This document shows positions 9,917-18,493 of a stretch of DNA of 64,000 nt, piece by piece. The notes under the pieces are model-generated. The model did no database searches, was not told where the DNA came from, and was given only the letters and a program-made list of their open reading frames with translations. Each line of letters begins with the position of its first letter. Position 1 is the first letter of the stretch. Origin of the DNA: an uncultured Thermoplasmatales archaeon (GTDB taxonomy: Archaea; Thermoplasmatota; E2; DHVEG-1); assembly GCA_964638155.1 (NCBI GenBank), contig CAZWYI010000006.1:5949-69948 (forward strand), given 5' to 3'. A program made the position numbers and the translations under genes.

Positions 9917-10776
9917 TTATTCACCTTTAAAATTAGTTTTCCAACTTTTGATTTTATATCGTTAGCAACTAGAGGACATTTTGCAACTAGTAAAAAGAAC
10001 ACTCTTCTGTTTATACTACTTAATCCTTCATAGTTTCCTTGTCCTTTTGAAATAACCATATCAGATTTTTCAAATAGTTCTTTGAACTTATCTGATGCAT
10101 ATTTTGTTACAATACCTGGAGTTGATATTTTTTGTCCTTTATCATATGTTATAACATCTGCAATTTTATCTATTCCCGCGTATTTTGCATCATCAACGAG
10201 TACATCATTTATTATAGGATTTTCTTTTACAACATAAGTTATTTTTTTACCTCTTTTTTTTAGTTCTTCTAATAAAAGTCTATCAAAAAATATTTCACCA
10301 GAGTTATCTGCTAGATATAAAATGTCATTTGATTTATCTAATTCTTTTTTAAAAAGAGGATAGTCTCTATCGTCAAATTCACGTTCAAGTGCGTGGGAAA
10401 TCATCTCATCGACATTAAACCTGTTCATTGTTCCAAAATCAATTACATTTCCAACAATTGCAAGTTTAATTGATGTTATCAAAGGATCATCTGATTCTTC
10501 AATTTTTTCTTTTAAATGGTCAAAGATTTTTTTAACCATTTCGTTTGATTCGTTTTTTACTTTTTTATAGGGATCATTGTTTTTTGTAATGGTTCTAATA
10601 ATTCTATGTACTTCTCTAGATAATTCTGGAGGAGATTTTTCAAAATTAATATTTTGTAAGTGCTTAAGCACCTCTTTCATGACATATGTATGTATTTCTG
10701 TATCGTCTGTTGCCATCCTTGCTGCTTCAAGAGATTGCTTTAAAAAACATGGTATACAATCTAGATGTACTTTCAT
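9913..10776 (-). CDS. DUF89 (ARMT1-like) family damage-control phosphatase
   Basis: N-terminal CIPCFLKQ and a LADNSGEIFFD motif (the DNAGE-like metal site of DUF89); 287 aa. Confidence 0.7.
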   Translation of the reverse strand: MKVHLDCIPCFLKQSLEAARMATDDTEIHTYVMKEVLKHLQNINFEKSPPELSREVHRIIRTITKNNDPYKKVKNESNEMVKKIFDHLKEKIEESDDPLITSIKLAIVGNVIDFGTMNRFNVDEMISHALEREFDDRDYPLFKKELDKSNDILYLADNSGEIFFDRLLLEELKKRGKKITYVVKENPIINDVLVDDAKYAGIDKIADVITYDKGQKISTPGIVTKYASDKFKELFEKSDMVISKGQGNYEGLSSINRRVFFLLVAKCPLVANDIKSKVGKLILKVNK

Positions 10777-10791
10777 TTAAATTCACTTTTT

Positions 10792-11178
10792 TTAAAAATG
10801 TTTATGTTTTCCCTGTCCTCGGAAGGCGTGCTCTTGACATGCATCTCCTTCGTTTGCTTTTTTTAATTCTTCATTTTTATATGCATCTATTGCATCTTTT
10901 ACTGTTCCTTTTGCTCCAATATATACAGTTATTCCAAAATCAGAAAACATGCCGATTGCTTTTCTACCTAGGCCACTGCAGAGCATTACATTTACTCCTT
11001 CTTTAGTTAGAAGTTCAGGTGGATATCCTCTTCCGCCCATGTGATGGCTGTCATTTGAAATCACTTTTACATCATTTTTATCAAGATCAACAATTGTATA
11101 AGTTGGAACTCTTCCGAAATGTTCTCCTACTGTTTCATCAAGTCCTCTATTTCCATTTGTTGGTATACATACTTTCAT
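10792..11178 (-). CDS. NifX/NafY-like dinitrogenase FeMo-cofactor-binding domain protein
   Basis: 128 aa; MKVCIPTNG…GEHFGR…TIVDLD pattern of the Nitro_FeMo-Co fold. Confidence 0.7.
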   Translation of the reverse strand: MKVCIPTNGNRGLDETVGEHFGRVPTYTIVDLDKNDVKVISNDSHHMGGRGYPPELLTKEGVNVMLCSGLGRKAIGMFSDFGITVYIGAKGTVKDAIDAYKNEELKKANEGDACQEHAFRGQGKHKHF

Positions 11179-11183
11179 AATTT

Positions 11184-11549
11184 TTACCTCATTCCATGAT
11201 GGCTTCCTACATTAGGATTTTCTGTTTCATTTAAATCTCCTTTTTTGTAGCTTTCGATAGCCTCTTTTATAGAACCTCTTGCACCAGTAAAAATCTTCAT
11301 TCCGCCTGCAACAAGAGTTCTGTGTGCGTTTGGCCCGATGTTTCCTGTGATTAGTACTTCTGCTCCGTTGTTTACAACTGTTTCAGCAGCTTTAATCCCT
11401 GCTCCTCCTGTGGCCATACTACTTTCATTTGAAATTACATTAAAATCCATATTTTCAGAATCAACTATTAAAAAATATTTACAGCGTCCAAAACGCTGGT
11501 CAACTTCTGCATTTAAATCTTTATCTGTTGATGATACTGCAATTTTCAT
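11184..11549 (-). CDS. NifX/NafY-like FeMo-cofactor-binding domain protein (paralogue)
   Basis: 121 aa; MKIAVSS…VDQRFGRCKYFLIVD…. Confidence 0.7.
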   Translation of the reverse strand: MKIAVSSTDKDLNAEVDQRFGRCKYFLIVDSENMDFNVISNESSMATGGAGIKAAETVVNNGAEVLITGNIGPNAHRTLVAGGMKIFTGARGSIKEAIESYKKGDLNETENPNVGSHHGMR

Positions 11550-11606
11550 AATTATTCCTCCCTTGTTTTTCTCAAATATTAAGTGGTGTTAATAACTCTT
11601 TGTATT

Positions 11607-11819
11607 TTATGCGCGAGTCATGGGCTGACCGCACTTGGGGCATTTTCTGTTAAAACAAGGTACCGATCTTTGATGCGGCTCACGGTGTCCACAATTAGGG
11701 CAATAACATTTGCCTTCAGGGCCAAGACCATAACCTGGTCCTCTACCACGGTCTCTTCCTTGACCTCGACCTGCTACTGGACCAGTACCATCTGGTCCTG
11801 TACCATTTCCACCTGGCAT
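11607..11819 (-). CDS. DUF5320-like small Gly/Arg-rich protein with a C-terminal zinc ribbon
   Basis: MPGGNGTGPDGTGPVAGRGQGRDRG… then CYCPNCG…CPKCG. I moved the start to the MPGG ATG at 11819 because a 27-nt context is identical to the paralogue at 13032. Confidence 0.65.
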   Translation of the reverse strand: MPGGNGTGPDGTGPVAGRGQGRDRGRGPGYGLGPEGKCYCPNCGHREPHQRSVPCFNRKCPKCGQPMTRA

Positions 11820-11820
11820 C

Positions 11821-12627
11821 TTATTTTTCACCTCCCACAATTTTTTCTACATTTTCAACAAAATCGATATAGTTTTTTTCGGTATCTTTATTTTTTATAT
11901 CTATTTTTTTTGCGCTATCTCCTATTTCTACTATATCTGGATCAAGTGGAATTGAACCTAAGAATGGTATTTTAAAATCTTCTGCTGCTTTTTTACCTCC
12001 TCCTGTTTTAAAGATATCTACTTTTTTTCCACAGTGAGGACAGGTAAAACCACTCATGTTTTCAACAATTCCTATTACATTTAATTTTAGCTTTTTAACA
12101 AAATTAATTGATTTACGTACACTTACAAGTGCCACGTCCTGAGGGGTTGTTACAATTATCACTCCATCTACATCTGGAAGTAATTGTGCGATACTTAATG
12201 GTTCATCTCCTGTACCCGGTGGTAAATCAATAATTAAATAATCAAGTTCTCCCCAATCAACTTGTCCGAGAAGTTGTCTTATTGCGCCCATCTTCATAGG
12301 CCCGCGCCAAATAACAGGGGAGTCTTTTCCTGGCAGTAAATATCCCATGGACATTATTTTTAGTCCTTCATTTGTTTTGATTGGTTGGATAAGATTATTT
12401 TTCATTATTCCTTTTTCATCTTCCACACCCATTATTTTTGGAATGCTTGGGCCGTGTATGTCGCTGTCAAGTATTCCTGTTTTGTATCCTTTTTTTGCTA
12501 GATACATTGCAAGGTTTGAAGAGATTGTACTCTTTCCTACTCCTCCTTTTCCACTTAGGACTACTATTTTATGTTTTACTTTCTCTAGATTTTTTTTAAC
12601 ATCTATTTCATCTTTCTTTTTTTTCAT
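11821..12627 (-). CDS. apbC: Mrp/NBP35/ApbC family Fe-S cluster carrier ATPase
   Basis: [18 protein letters not shown] deviant Walker A; C-terminal CPHCGKK; 268 aa. Confidence 0.85.
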   Translation of the reverse strand: MKKKKDEIDVKKNLEKVKHKIVVLSGKGGVGKSTISSNLAMYLAKKGYKTGILDSDIHGPSIPKIMGVEDEKGIMKNNLIQPIKTNEGLKIMSMGYLLPGKDSPVIWRGPMKMGAIRQLLGQVDWGELDYLIIDLPPGTGDEPLSIAQLLPDVDGVIIVTTPQDVALVSVRKSINFVKKLKLNVIGIVENMSGFTCPHCGKKVDIFKTGGGKKAAEDFKIPFLGSIPLDPDIVEIGDSAKKIDIKNKDTEKNYIDFVENVEKIVGGEK

Positions 12628-12675
12628 ATTAAGCCTCTGTATTGTTTATGTGTAAAAATAAAATAAAGATTAATT

Positions 12676-13032
12676 TTATTGTTTTTCTTTTGAAAGAGTG
12701 TTTAGTCTTTCTTTCATGGTCTTTAGGTCTTCTTCTAGTGCTTTTATTGTGTCTTCAAGATATCTTTTTTCTTCATCTTTTGTTGGTTCTGGGGATACTG
12801 ATCTGTATTGTGCTGGTTCGTAGTGTGATTCTGGATAGTAATAGTCTCTATACACTCCTCTTCGGCCAAAGCCTCTACCACGACCGAATCTTCTTCCAAA
12901 GCCGCGTCCGAAGCCACGACCTCTTGGTGTGCCTTTTGTATATCCTGGGCTGTTATATCCACTGCAGTAACCTAAGGCTCTTCCGGTTTTTGGACCATAT
13001 CCTTCTGGACCTGTTCTATCGCCACCTGGCAT
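12676..13032 (-). CDS. DUF5320-like Gly/Arg-rich protein with a C-terminal coiled coil
   Basis: MPGGDRTGPEGYGPKTGRALGYC… then RGRGFGRGFGRRFGRGRGFGRRG (RGG/FGR low-complexity box) and a KALEEDLKTMKERLNTL coiled coil. Start moved from the track's 13080 to the conserved MPGG ATG at 13032, which also removes the overlap with DUF134. Confidence 0.6.
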   Translation of the reverse strand: MPGGDRTGPEGYGPKTGRALGYCSGYNSPGYTKGTPRGRGFGRGFGRRFGRGRGFGRRGVYRDYYYPESHYEPAQYRSVSPEPTKDEEKRYLEDTIKALEEDLKTMKERLNTLSKEKQ

Positions 13033-13033
13033 C

Positions 13034-13372
13034 TTATTTTTCACCTCCTTTGTTTCTTTTGATGAATTCTCCATGCTCAATTTTAATTTGATAATCGTTT
13101 ACTAGGGCGTTTGTTACCTTTTTTCTTGCTTTGTGTAGATCGTTCCATAGTGTTTTTCTTGATACACCCATCATTGCTGCTGCTTCTTCTTGTGTGAGAT
13201 CTTCGAGATCTACTAGTCTTAATGCTTCGATTTCGTAGGTTTTAAGAAGTATTGTTGGTTTTGGTCTTTGGAAGTTTTTATCTTGTGGTGGAGTTGTTTC
13301 ATATGGATAATTTATCCATCTTCTTCCTCGGCAACGCCCTCGACCTCTTTGTCTTCGTCCGCCTCTTGGCAT
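13034..13372 (-). CDS. DUF134 (UPF0251) family sigma-70 region-4-like HTH protein
   Basis: MPRGGRRQRGRGRCRGRR…LVDLEDLTQEEAAAMMGVSRKTLWNDLHKARKKV matches the DUF134 signature. Confidence 0.75.
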   Translation of the reverse strand: MPRGGRRQRGRGRCRGRRWINYPYETTPPQDKNFQRPKPTILLKTYEIEALRLVDLEDLTQEEAAAMMGVSRKTLWNDLHKARKKVTNALVNDYQIKIEHGEFIKRNKGGEK

Positions 13373-13527
13373 GGTTTTTACACCTAATTAATTACTCATA
13401 TGAGAACTATTATATAAATATTTGCTTTTAGAAGGGGCGCTGTCGCATTGTCGACTGGTAAATTCTAATGTCGTATACGGCTGATAATCTATTTTTCACT
13501 TTTTTAGTTAAATTCTCAAAGGAAATG

Positions 13528-16500
13528 TTAGAAAAATTTCCTAACAATTACAGTATCTTCTGCTGGATTACCTGCATAGTCATAAGCAACTGTTTTTATT
13601 GTATGTTTACCAAATGTTTTTTCTTCCCAGTTAAAAACTAAATCACCACTTGTAATATTTGCCTTTAATTTATTGTCAACAAAGATTTTTACATAGTTTA
13701 TTCCTGATATATTATCAAAAGCATCAATTTCTATTTCTATTTCTCCTAATATCAAAGGAATTGGAAATGAAAATAGTTCCTTGTTTCTTAAATAAAATTT
13801 GTTTTCAGGTTTTAAAATTTGAACATTAGGATTAGAGTTATCCTCTCCATAAAAATAATCAGGTTTTATTTCTCTATCATTATTTCCATCTCCATCATCA
13901 TCAAAATAAATTATAGGATCGACTGCCTCACCATCAATATTCATTTTACCTATTGAATTTTCAAATATTGATATGTTATTGTAATAAAGATATGTTCTAT
14001 TACCATCAGATAACTGTTTAGTTGTTGAAAAATTAAAATCTCCATCGCCTGTTCCTTTCATTATAAATTTATATTTACCATTCCCATAAGGAATAGATAT
14101 TTCTTCGATTGTGTGATTCCATTTTGAAGAATTTGTTTCATTTGTTACAAATAGCGGATCAAAAGAATAAGAAACATTTTCAATTTCAAGATCTACCCCA
14201 TTTGTGTTATTTCTACCAACATGGTTACCATATTCATCATATAGGTGTAACTCAACTGGGCATCCTGTGATTTTTGCTTTAAATTTATCTTCAACAAATT
14301 TTTCTTTGTGAACTATGATTTCATCTTGTTTGAATTCTATTATCCTAAAGGCAGTATCAAGTGTGGAATCTGTTATAACATACAAAGGTTTATCATCTTC
14401 GTGTATGGGGAAATTTGTATAACCCGACCAATAATATGTTCCATCCATATCTCGATTGTATACACGATTTTTGTGTGTATGCCCACTAAGAACAATATCT
14501 ACATCATACTTATCGCAAGCATCTAGAAATCTTTCTTTTTCAGATGTAATGCATCCTGCATCCCAAATTCCATCTTCAGTATATCCTCCCCAGTGTTTCC
14601 AGTCTTCATTTTTTCTATAATATATAACTGGGTGATGCATAAATATAATTTTTTTATAATCACTTGTATCTTTATTGTTGTCACTACCATCTAAGTCATC
14701 TAATTCTGATTCTAATAGGTCTACTTGTTCGGGATCAAGACCTGTCCCTACAGGCGGCCACTTTGTTCCAGTGGTAAGTTTTTTATCATATCCTGAATCT
14801 ATAGATATAATACACGTTTTTGTTGTCTCGTCTTTCCAAGATTTATACCACGTTTGATGATCAATATATTCAATGTAATTATCAAGTACATCTGTCCAAG
14901 GTATTGAACCTTTTAAAGGAGAATATATTCGGTGATCATGGTTGCCAGGGCAATGATATATAGGTATCGTAAAATCAGAATTATGAATCCAATTAATATA
15001 CCAATTAGATTTTATTCCGTTAATTAAACTCCTGTATTCTAAATAATTATTTGCACCAATATCTCCTGATCCCCCACAATCAACAACATCTCCTGAGTTA
15101 ATGACAAATGAAGGCGGAATTGCAAAGTTTTTTATTTTCTTTAAAGTTTTATCTAAATTGCTAACACTGTTTTCTTTATCTAGATAAATTGGCCATTCTT
15201 CATGTATAATATGAGTATCAGTGATATGCACAAAATAAAAATTAGCATAAATTCCAGCATATGAACATCTAGATTCTAGTCCATTTTTATCTTTTATTTC
15301 TGCATGGATTTCTTTTTCCCCACCAGAATAAAAAGTCCATTTCAATATTTTATCATCAGCATTCCAACTATCAAAACTAGTATCCCAGTCAAACCATTCA
15401 GTCCAAATAAAACCATCATCGACCGTTCCATTTTGATCCTCATCACTTAGGAATCTTACTTTATCTATATTGTCTGTATAATCATAAATATGGATATCAA
15501 ACTCTAGCCCCATATCAATATTATCTATTTCTTTTCCATCTTTTTCAAGCCTTAAAAAACATTGAGGCATATCTGATAGTTCAAAATATAGATGATCTGA
15601 AAATAAACTCCAGCCATTAGTGTTATGAGAGCGCATATTCCATCTATATTTTTCTCCATATTCCAATATATCGCTGGGTAACTCATTAAAGGATGTTCCG
15701 TATATCTTTCCATCTGTATAATCTTCTTCACTATCATAAACTAAATTTGCTGGACCATAAGGATATTTACTAATATATAATCCATAATAATCAGCATCTG
15801 GCAGATTTTCCCATTGGAATGTAGGTGTATTTTCATATATAATTTCTCCTGGTTCAGAATTATATCCTGGGGAAATAAGTGTTGGTGGATTAGGTGGTTG
15901 ATTACCGCCCATTTTATATTTATAAAAAATATCATAGTCGTTTCCACTTTCATCGTAATCAGTATCATCCTGCCAGGCAACATGTACTATTTCACTACTG
16001 TCCACAAACAAAGAAGGATCCCAACAATATGTGCTTTCTGTGCTTACCAGTTCAGGGGAACTCCAGCTACCCTCAGCCGACTTATGTTTATAAAAAATAT
16101 TAGGGCCACTGCCGCTATCATCATAATCCATGTAATCAGTCCAAACAACATGTACCATGTCACTGCTATCTAAAAACAATGAGGGACAATAACTTGAGCT
16201 TGCGCTTTCCGTGCTTACTACTTGAGTAGTAGTCCAGATGTCATCAGCCGACTTGTATTTGTAAAATATATCATAATCACTACCACTTTCTCCATAAGAT
16301 GCTCCATCTTGCCAGGCAACATGAATCGTGCCGTTGCTTTCTACCGTCGATGAAGGATATTTACTATTACTGGTACTTTCTGTACTTACTACCTCTGTTG
16401 AACTCCAGCTTTCACCCGCTGGCTTGTATTTGTAAAAAATATCATAGTCGCTCTCACTTTCTACATAAGGTGTTTCATCCTGCCAAATAACGTGAATTGT

Positions 16501-17253
16501 GCTACTGCTGTCCACTATCAATGAAGGTTGTGAACTACTTCTTGTACTTTCTGTGCTTACAACTTCTGTTGCACTCCAACCACCGCCAGCTGGCTTGTAT
16601 TTGTAAAAAATGTCAGTATCACTACTGCTTCCACTATAATTAGTAACATCCTGCCAGGCAACATGAATCTTTCCAGCACTGTCCACGGCCAAAGAAGGAC
16701 AATAACTATATCCATTACTTTCTGTACTTACTACCTCTGTTGTACTCCAGCTTCCACCTGCAGACTTATACTTATAATAGATATCAAAGTCATTCCCACT
16801 ATCGCTATAACTAGTCCAATCATCCCATACTACATGAATCGTTCCAGAATTGTCCACAGTCAATGAAGGAGAAGAATAACTATCACTTGTGCTTTCTGTG
16901 CTTACCACTTCAGTTGTACTCCAGCTACCACCTGCAGGTTTGTATTTGTAAAAAATATCAATATCGCTACCGCTATTCCCATATGCCGTTTCATCCCGCC
17001 AGGCAATGTAAACTGTTCCACTGCTATCAACAACCAACGAACTATACTTGCTATCACTGCTGCTTTCTGCGCTTACTAATTCAGTAATATTCCAACCATC
17101 ATTATTTTTTTCTGTGGATAAGGAAACTGGTTTAGCATTTGTGAAGTTCTCTTCAAAGTCTTCATATTTTCTTAAACTTGGCACGAGACTTGCTACAATA
17201 AACAAGACTATAATAAAAAAAGCCAAATATCTGCTTGGTTTTACCTTTTTCAT
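13528..17253 (-). CDS. secreted multidomain protein: signal/TM anchor, 8 tandem ~50-aa BNR/Asp-box-like propeller repeats, FN3-like domain, calcineurin-like metallophosphoesterase, C-terminal Ig/CARDB-like domain
   Basis: N-terminal hydrophobic stretch (LAFFIIVLFIVASLVP). Repeats of the form DxDIFYKYK.AGGSWS.TEVVSTES….PSL.VD..G.IHV.WQD. Metallophosphoesterase motifs HITDTHI, GDVVDCG, GNHDH, FMHHP, GHTH. Confidence 0.8.
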   Translation of the reverse strand: MKKVKPSRYLAFFIIVLFIVASLVPSLRKYEDFEENFTNAKPVSLSTEKNNDGWNITELVSAESSSDSKYSSLVVDSSGTVYIAWRDETAYGNSGSDIDIFYKYKPAGGSWSTTEVVSTESTSDSYSSPSLTVDNSGTIHVVWDDWTSYSDSGNDFDIYYKYKSAGGSWSTTEVVSTESNGYSYCPSLAVDSAGKIHVAWQDVTNYSGSSSDTDIFYKYKPAGGGWSATEVVSTESTRSSSQPSLIVDSSSTIHVIWQDETPYVESESDYDIFYKYKPAGESWSSTEVVSTESTSNSKYPSSTVESNGTIHVAWQDGASYGESGSDYDIFYKYKSADDIWTTTQVVSTESASSSYCPSLFLDSSDMVHVVWTDYMDYDDSGSGPNIFYKHKSAEGSWSSPELVSTESTYCWDPSLFVDSSEIVHVAWQDDTDYDESGNDYDIFYKYKMGGNQPPNPPTLISPGYNSEPGEIIYENTPTFQWENLPDADYYGLYISKYPYGPANLVYDSEEDYTDGKIYGTSFNELPSDILEYGEKYRWNMRSHNTNGWSLFSDHLYFELSDMPQCFLRLEKDGKEIDNIDMGLEFDIHIYDYTDNIDKVRFLSDEDQNGTVDDGFIWTEWFDWDTSFDSWNADDKILKWTFYSGGEKEIHAEIKDKNGLESRCSYAGIYANFYFVHITDTHIIHEEWPIYLDKENSVSNLDKTLKKIKNFAIPPSFVINSGDVVDCGGSGDIGANNYLEYRSLINGIKSNWYINWIHNSDFTIPIYHCPGNHDHRIYSPLKGSIPWTDVLDNYIEYIDHQTWYKSWKDETTKTCIISIDSGYDKKLTTGTKWPPVGTGLDPEQVDLLESELDDLDGSDNNKDTSDYKKIIFMHHPVIYYRKNEDWKHWGGYTEDGIWDAGCITSEKERFLDACDKYDVDIVLSGHTHKNRVYNRDMDGTYYWSGYTNFPIHEDDKPLYVITDSTLDTAFRIIEFKQDEIIVHKEKFVEDKFKAKITGCPVELHLYDEYGNHVGRNNTNGVDLEIENVSYSFDPLFVTNETNSSKWNHTIEEISIPYGNGKYKFIMKGTGDGDFNFSTTKQLSDGNRTYLYYNNISIFENSIGKMNIDGEAVDPIIYFDDDGDGNNDREIKPDYFYGEDNSNPNVQILKPENKFYLRNKELFSFPIPLILGEIEIEIDAFDNISGINYVKIFVDNKLKANITSGDLVFNWEEKTFGKHTIKTVAYDYAGNPAEDTVIVRKFF
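15870..17060. repeat. intragenic tandem repeats (~150 nt unit, ~8 copies) encoding the propeller blades of the 1241-aa protein
   Basis: Recurring nucleotide strings such as gcttgtatttgtaaaaaatatca…ctaccact near 16255, 16425, 16595 and 16940. Confidence 0.6.
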
Positions 17254-17726
17254 AAGAAAGTCCCCTTATTAATATAAATAAATCAAATTTAAATTTATGT
17301 GAAAAAATATTAAATGAGTAATGTTAAACTCAATTTCCTTCTTTTGATACTATCAAAATCAGTATAATATTAGTTTAATATCAAGGAATTAAAGCTAAAT
17401 TTAATGATTTTAATTTATTTTAATATTTTTTTCTTTTTTGACGCTTTTCACCAAAATTAATATAAACTAGAACATGACAAAATATATTATGTCATGAATT
17501 ACCATGGCAACATAAAAGGGGTTGTTTAAAAAATGAATGAAGCAACAAAAAAACTACAAAAATTTGCGGGAAAGAAAACAAAAAAAGTAGTATCAAAACA
17601 AAAGGATTATAATCCTTATAAAAATAACAATTCAACTTCTGATTATGGGTATAACTAATTCCATTAATTCTTTTTTTTATTATTTTTCACAAAGGTATTT
17701 ACAAGGTTTTACATTAGCAATAAAAT
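17254..17726. promoter_or_regulatory. divergent AT-rich promoter region between the metallophosphoesterase gene (-) and xth (+); contains a 41-aa lysine-rich small ORF (17532..17657, +)
   Basis: 473 nt non-coding with multiple TATA-like tracts. ORF MNEATKKLQKFAGKKTKKVVSKQKDYNPYKNNNSTSDYGYN sits after an AAGGGG RBS. Confidence 0.3.
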
Positions 17727-18491
17727 ATGAAACTCATTTCATGGAATGTAAATGGGATAAGAGCAGCTGATAGAAAAGGATTATTTGATTTTATAAAAAC
17801 TAAAAAACCAGATATACTATGTCTTCAGGAAATAAAGGCAGAACCAGATCAACTTCCACCGCATTTGAAAAACACTCCAGGTTACAATGTTTTTATTAAT
17901 TCAGCTGAAAGAAAAGGATACAGTGGAGTTACAAATTACTCAAAAATAAAACCAAAAAAAGTTAAACATGGTTTTGGAATAGAAAAATTTGACAGTGAAG
18001 GAAGAACACTTATCACTGAATTCGATGATTTTGTTTTATTTAATATATATTACCCGAATGGAAAAAAGAACCAGGAAAGACTAGACTATAAACTAGATTT
18101 CTATGATACCTTTTTATCATATGCTGATAATCTAAAAGCAGAAGGAAAAAATATAGTTGTATGCGGTGATTTTAACACAGCTCACAAAGAAATAGATCTA
18201 GCACGTCCAAAGGAGAACGAAAAAATCTCTGGTTTTTTACCAATAGAACGTGCATGGATTGATACATTTATAGACCATGGATATGTTGATACTTTCAGGC
18301 ATTTTAATAAAAAATCAAACAACTATACCTGGTGGAGTATGAGAACAAAAGCACGGGAAAGAAACGTCGGTTGGAGACTAGATTATTTTTTTGTAAACAA
18401 AGAATTCATAAAAAATGTAAAAAACGCCTTTATATTGGATGATGTGATGGGATCGGATCACTGTCCAGTGGGAATAGAGCTTGAGGTATAA
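17727..18491 (+). CDS. xth: exodeoxyribonuclease III (AP endonuclease, Xth family)
   Basis: [14 protein letters not shown]-terminus, the DILCLQE motif and a C-terminal SDHCPV motif; 254 aa. Confidence 0.9.
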   Translation: MKLISWNVNGIRAADRKGLFDFIKTKKPDILCLQEIKAEPDQLPPHLKNTPGYNVFINSAERKGYSGVTNYSKIKPKKVKHGFGIEKFDSEGRTLITEFDDFVLFNIYYPNGKKNQERLDYKLDFYDTFLSYADNLKAEGKNIVVCGDFNTAHKEIDLARPKENEKISGFLPIERAWIDTFIDHGYVDTFRHFNKKSNNYTWWSMRTKARERNVGWRLDYFFVNKEFIKNVKNAFILDDVMGSDHCPVGIELEV

Positions 18492-18493
18492 AA

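Noticed and set aside
12744-12962. 72-aa ORF inside the DUF5320 gene
   Set aside because: It is an alternate frame of the Gly/Arg-rich repeat region. The DUF5320 frame carries the conserved MPGG N-terminus and a coiled coil.
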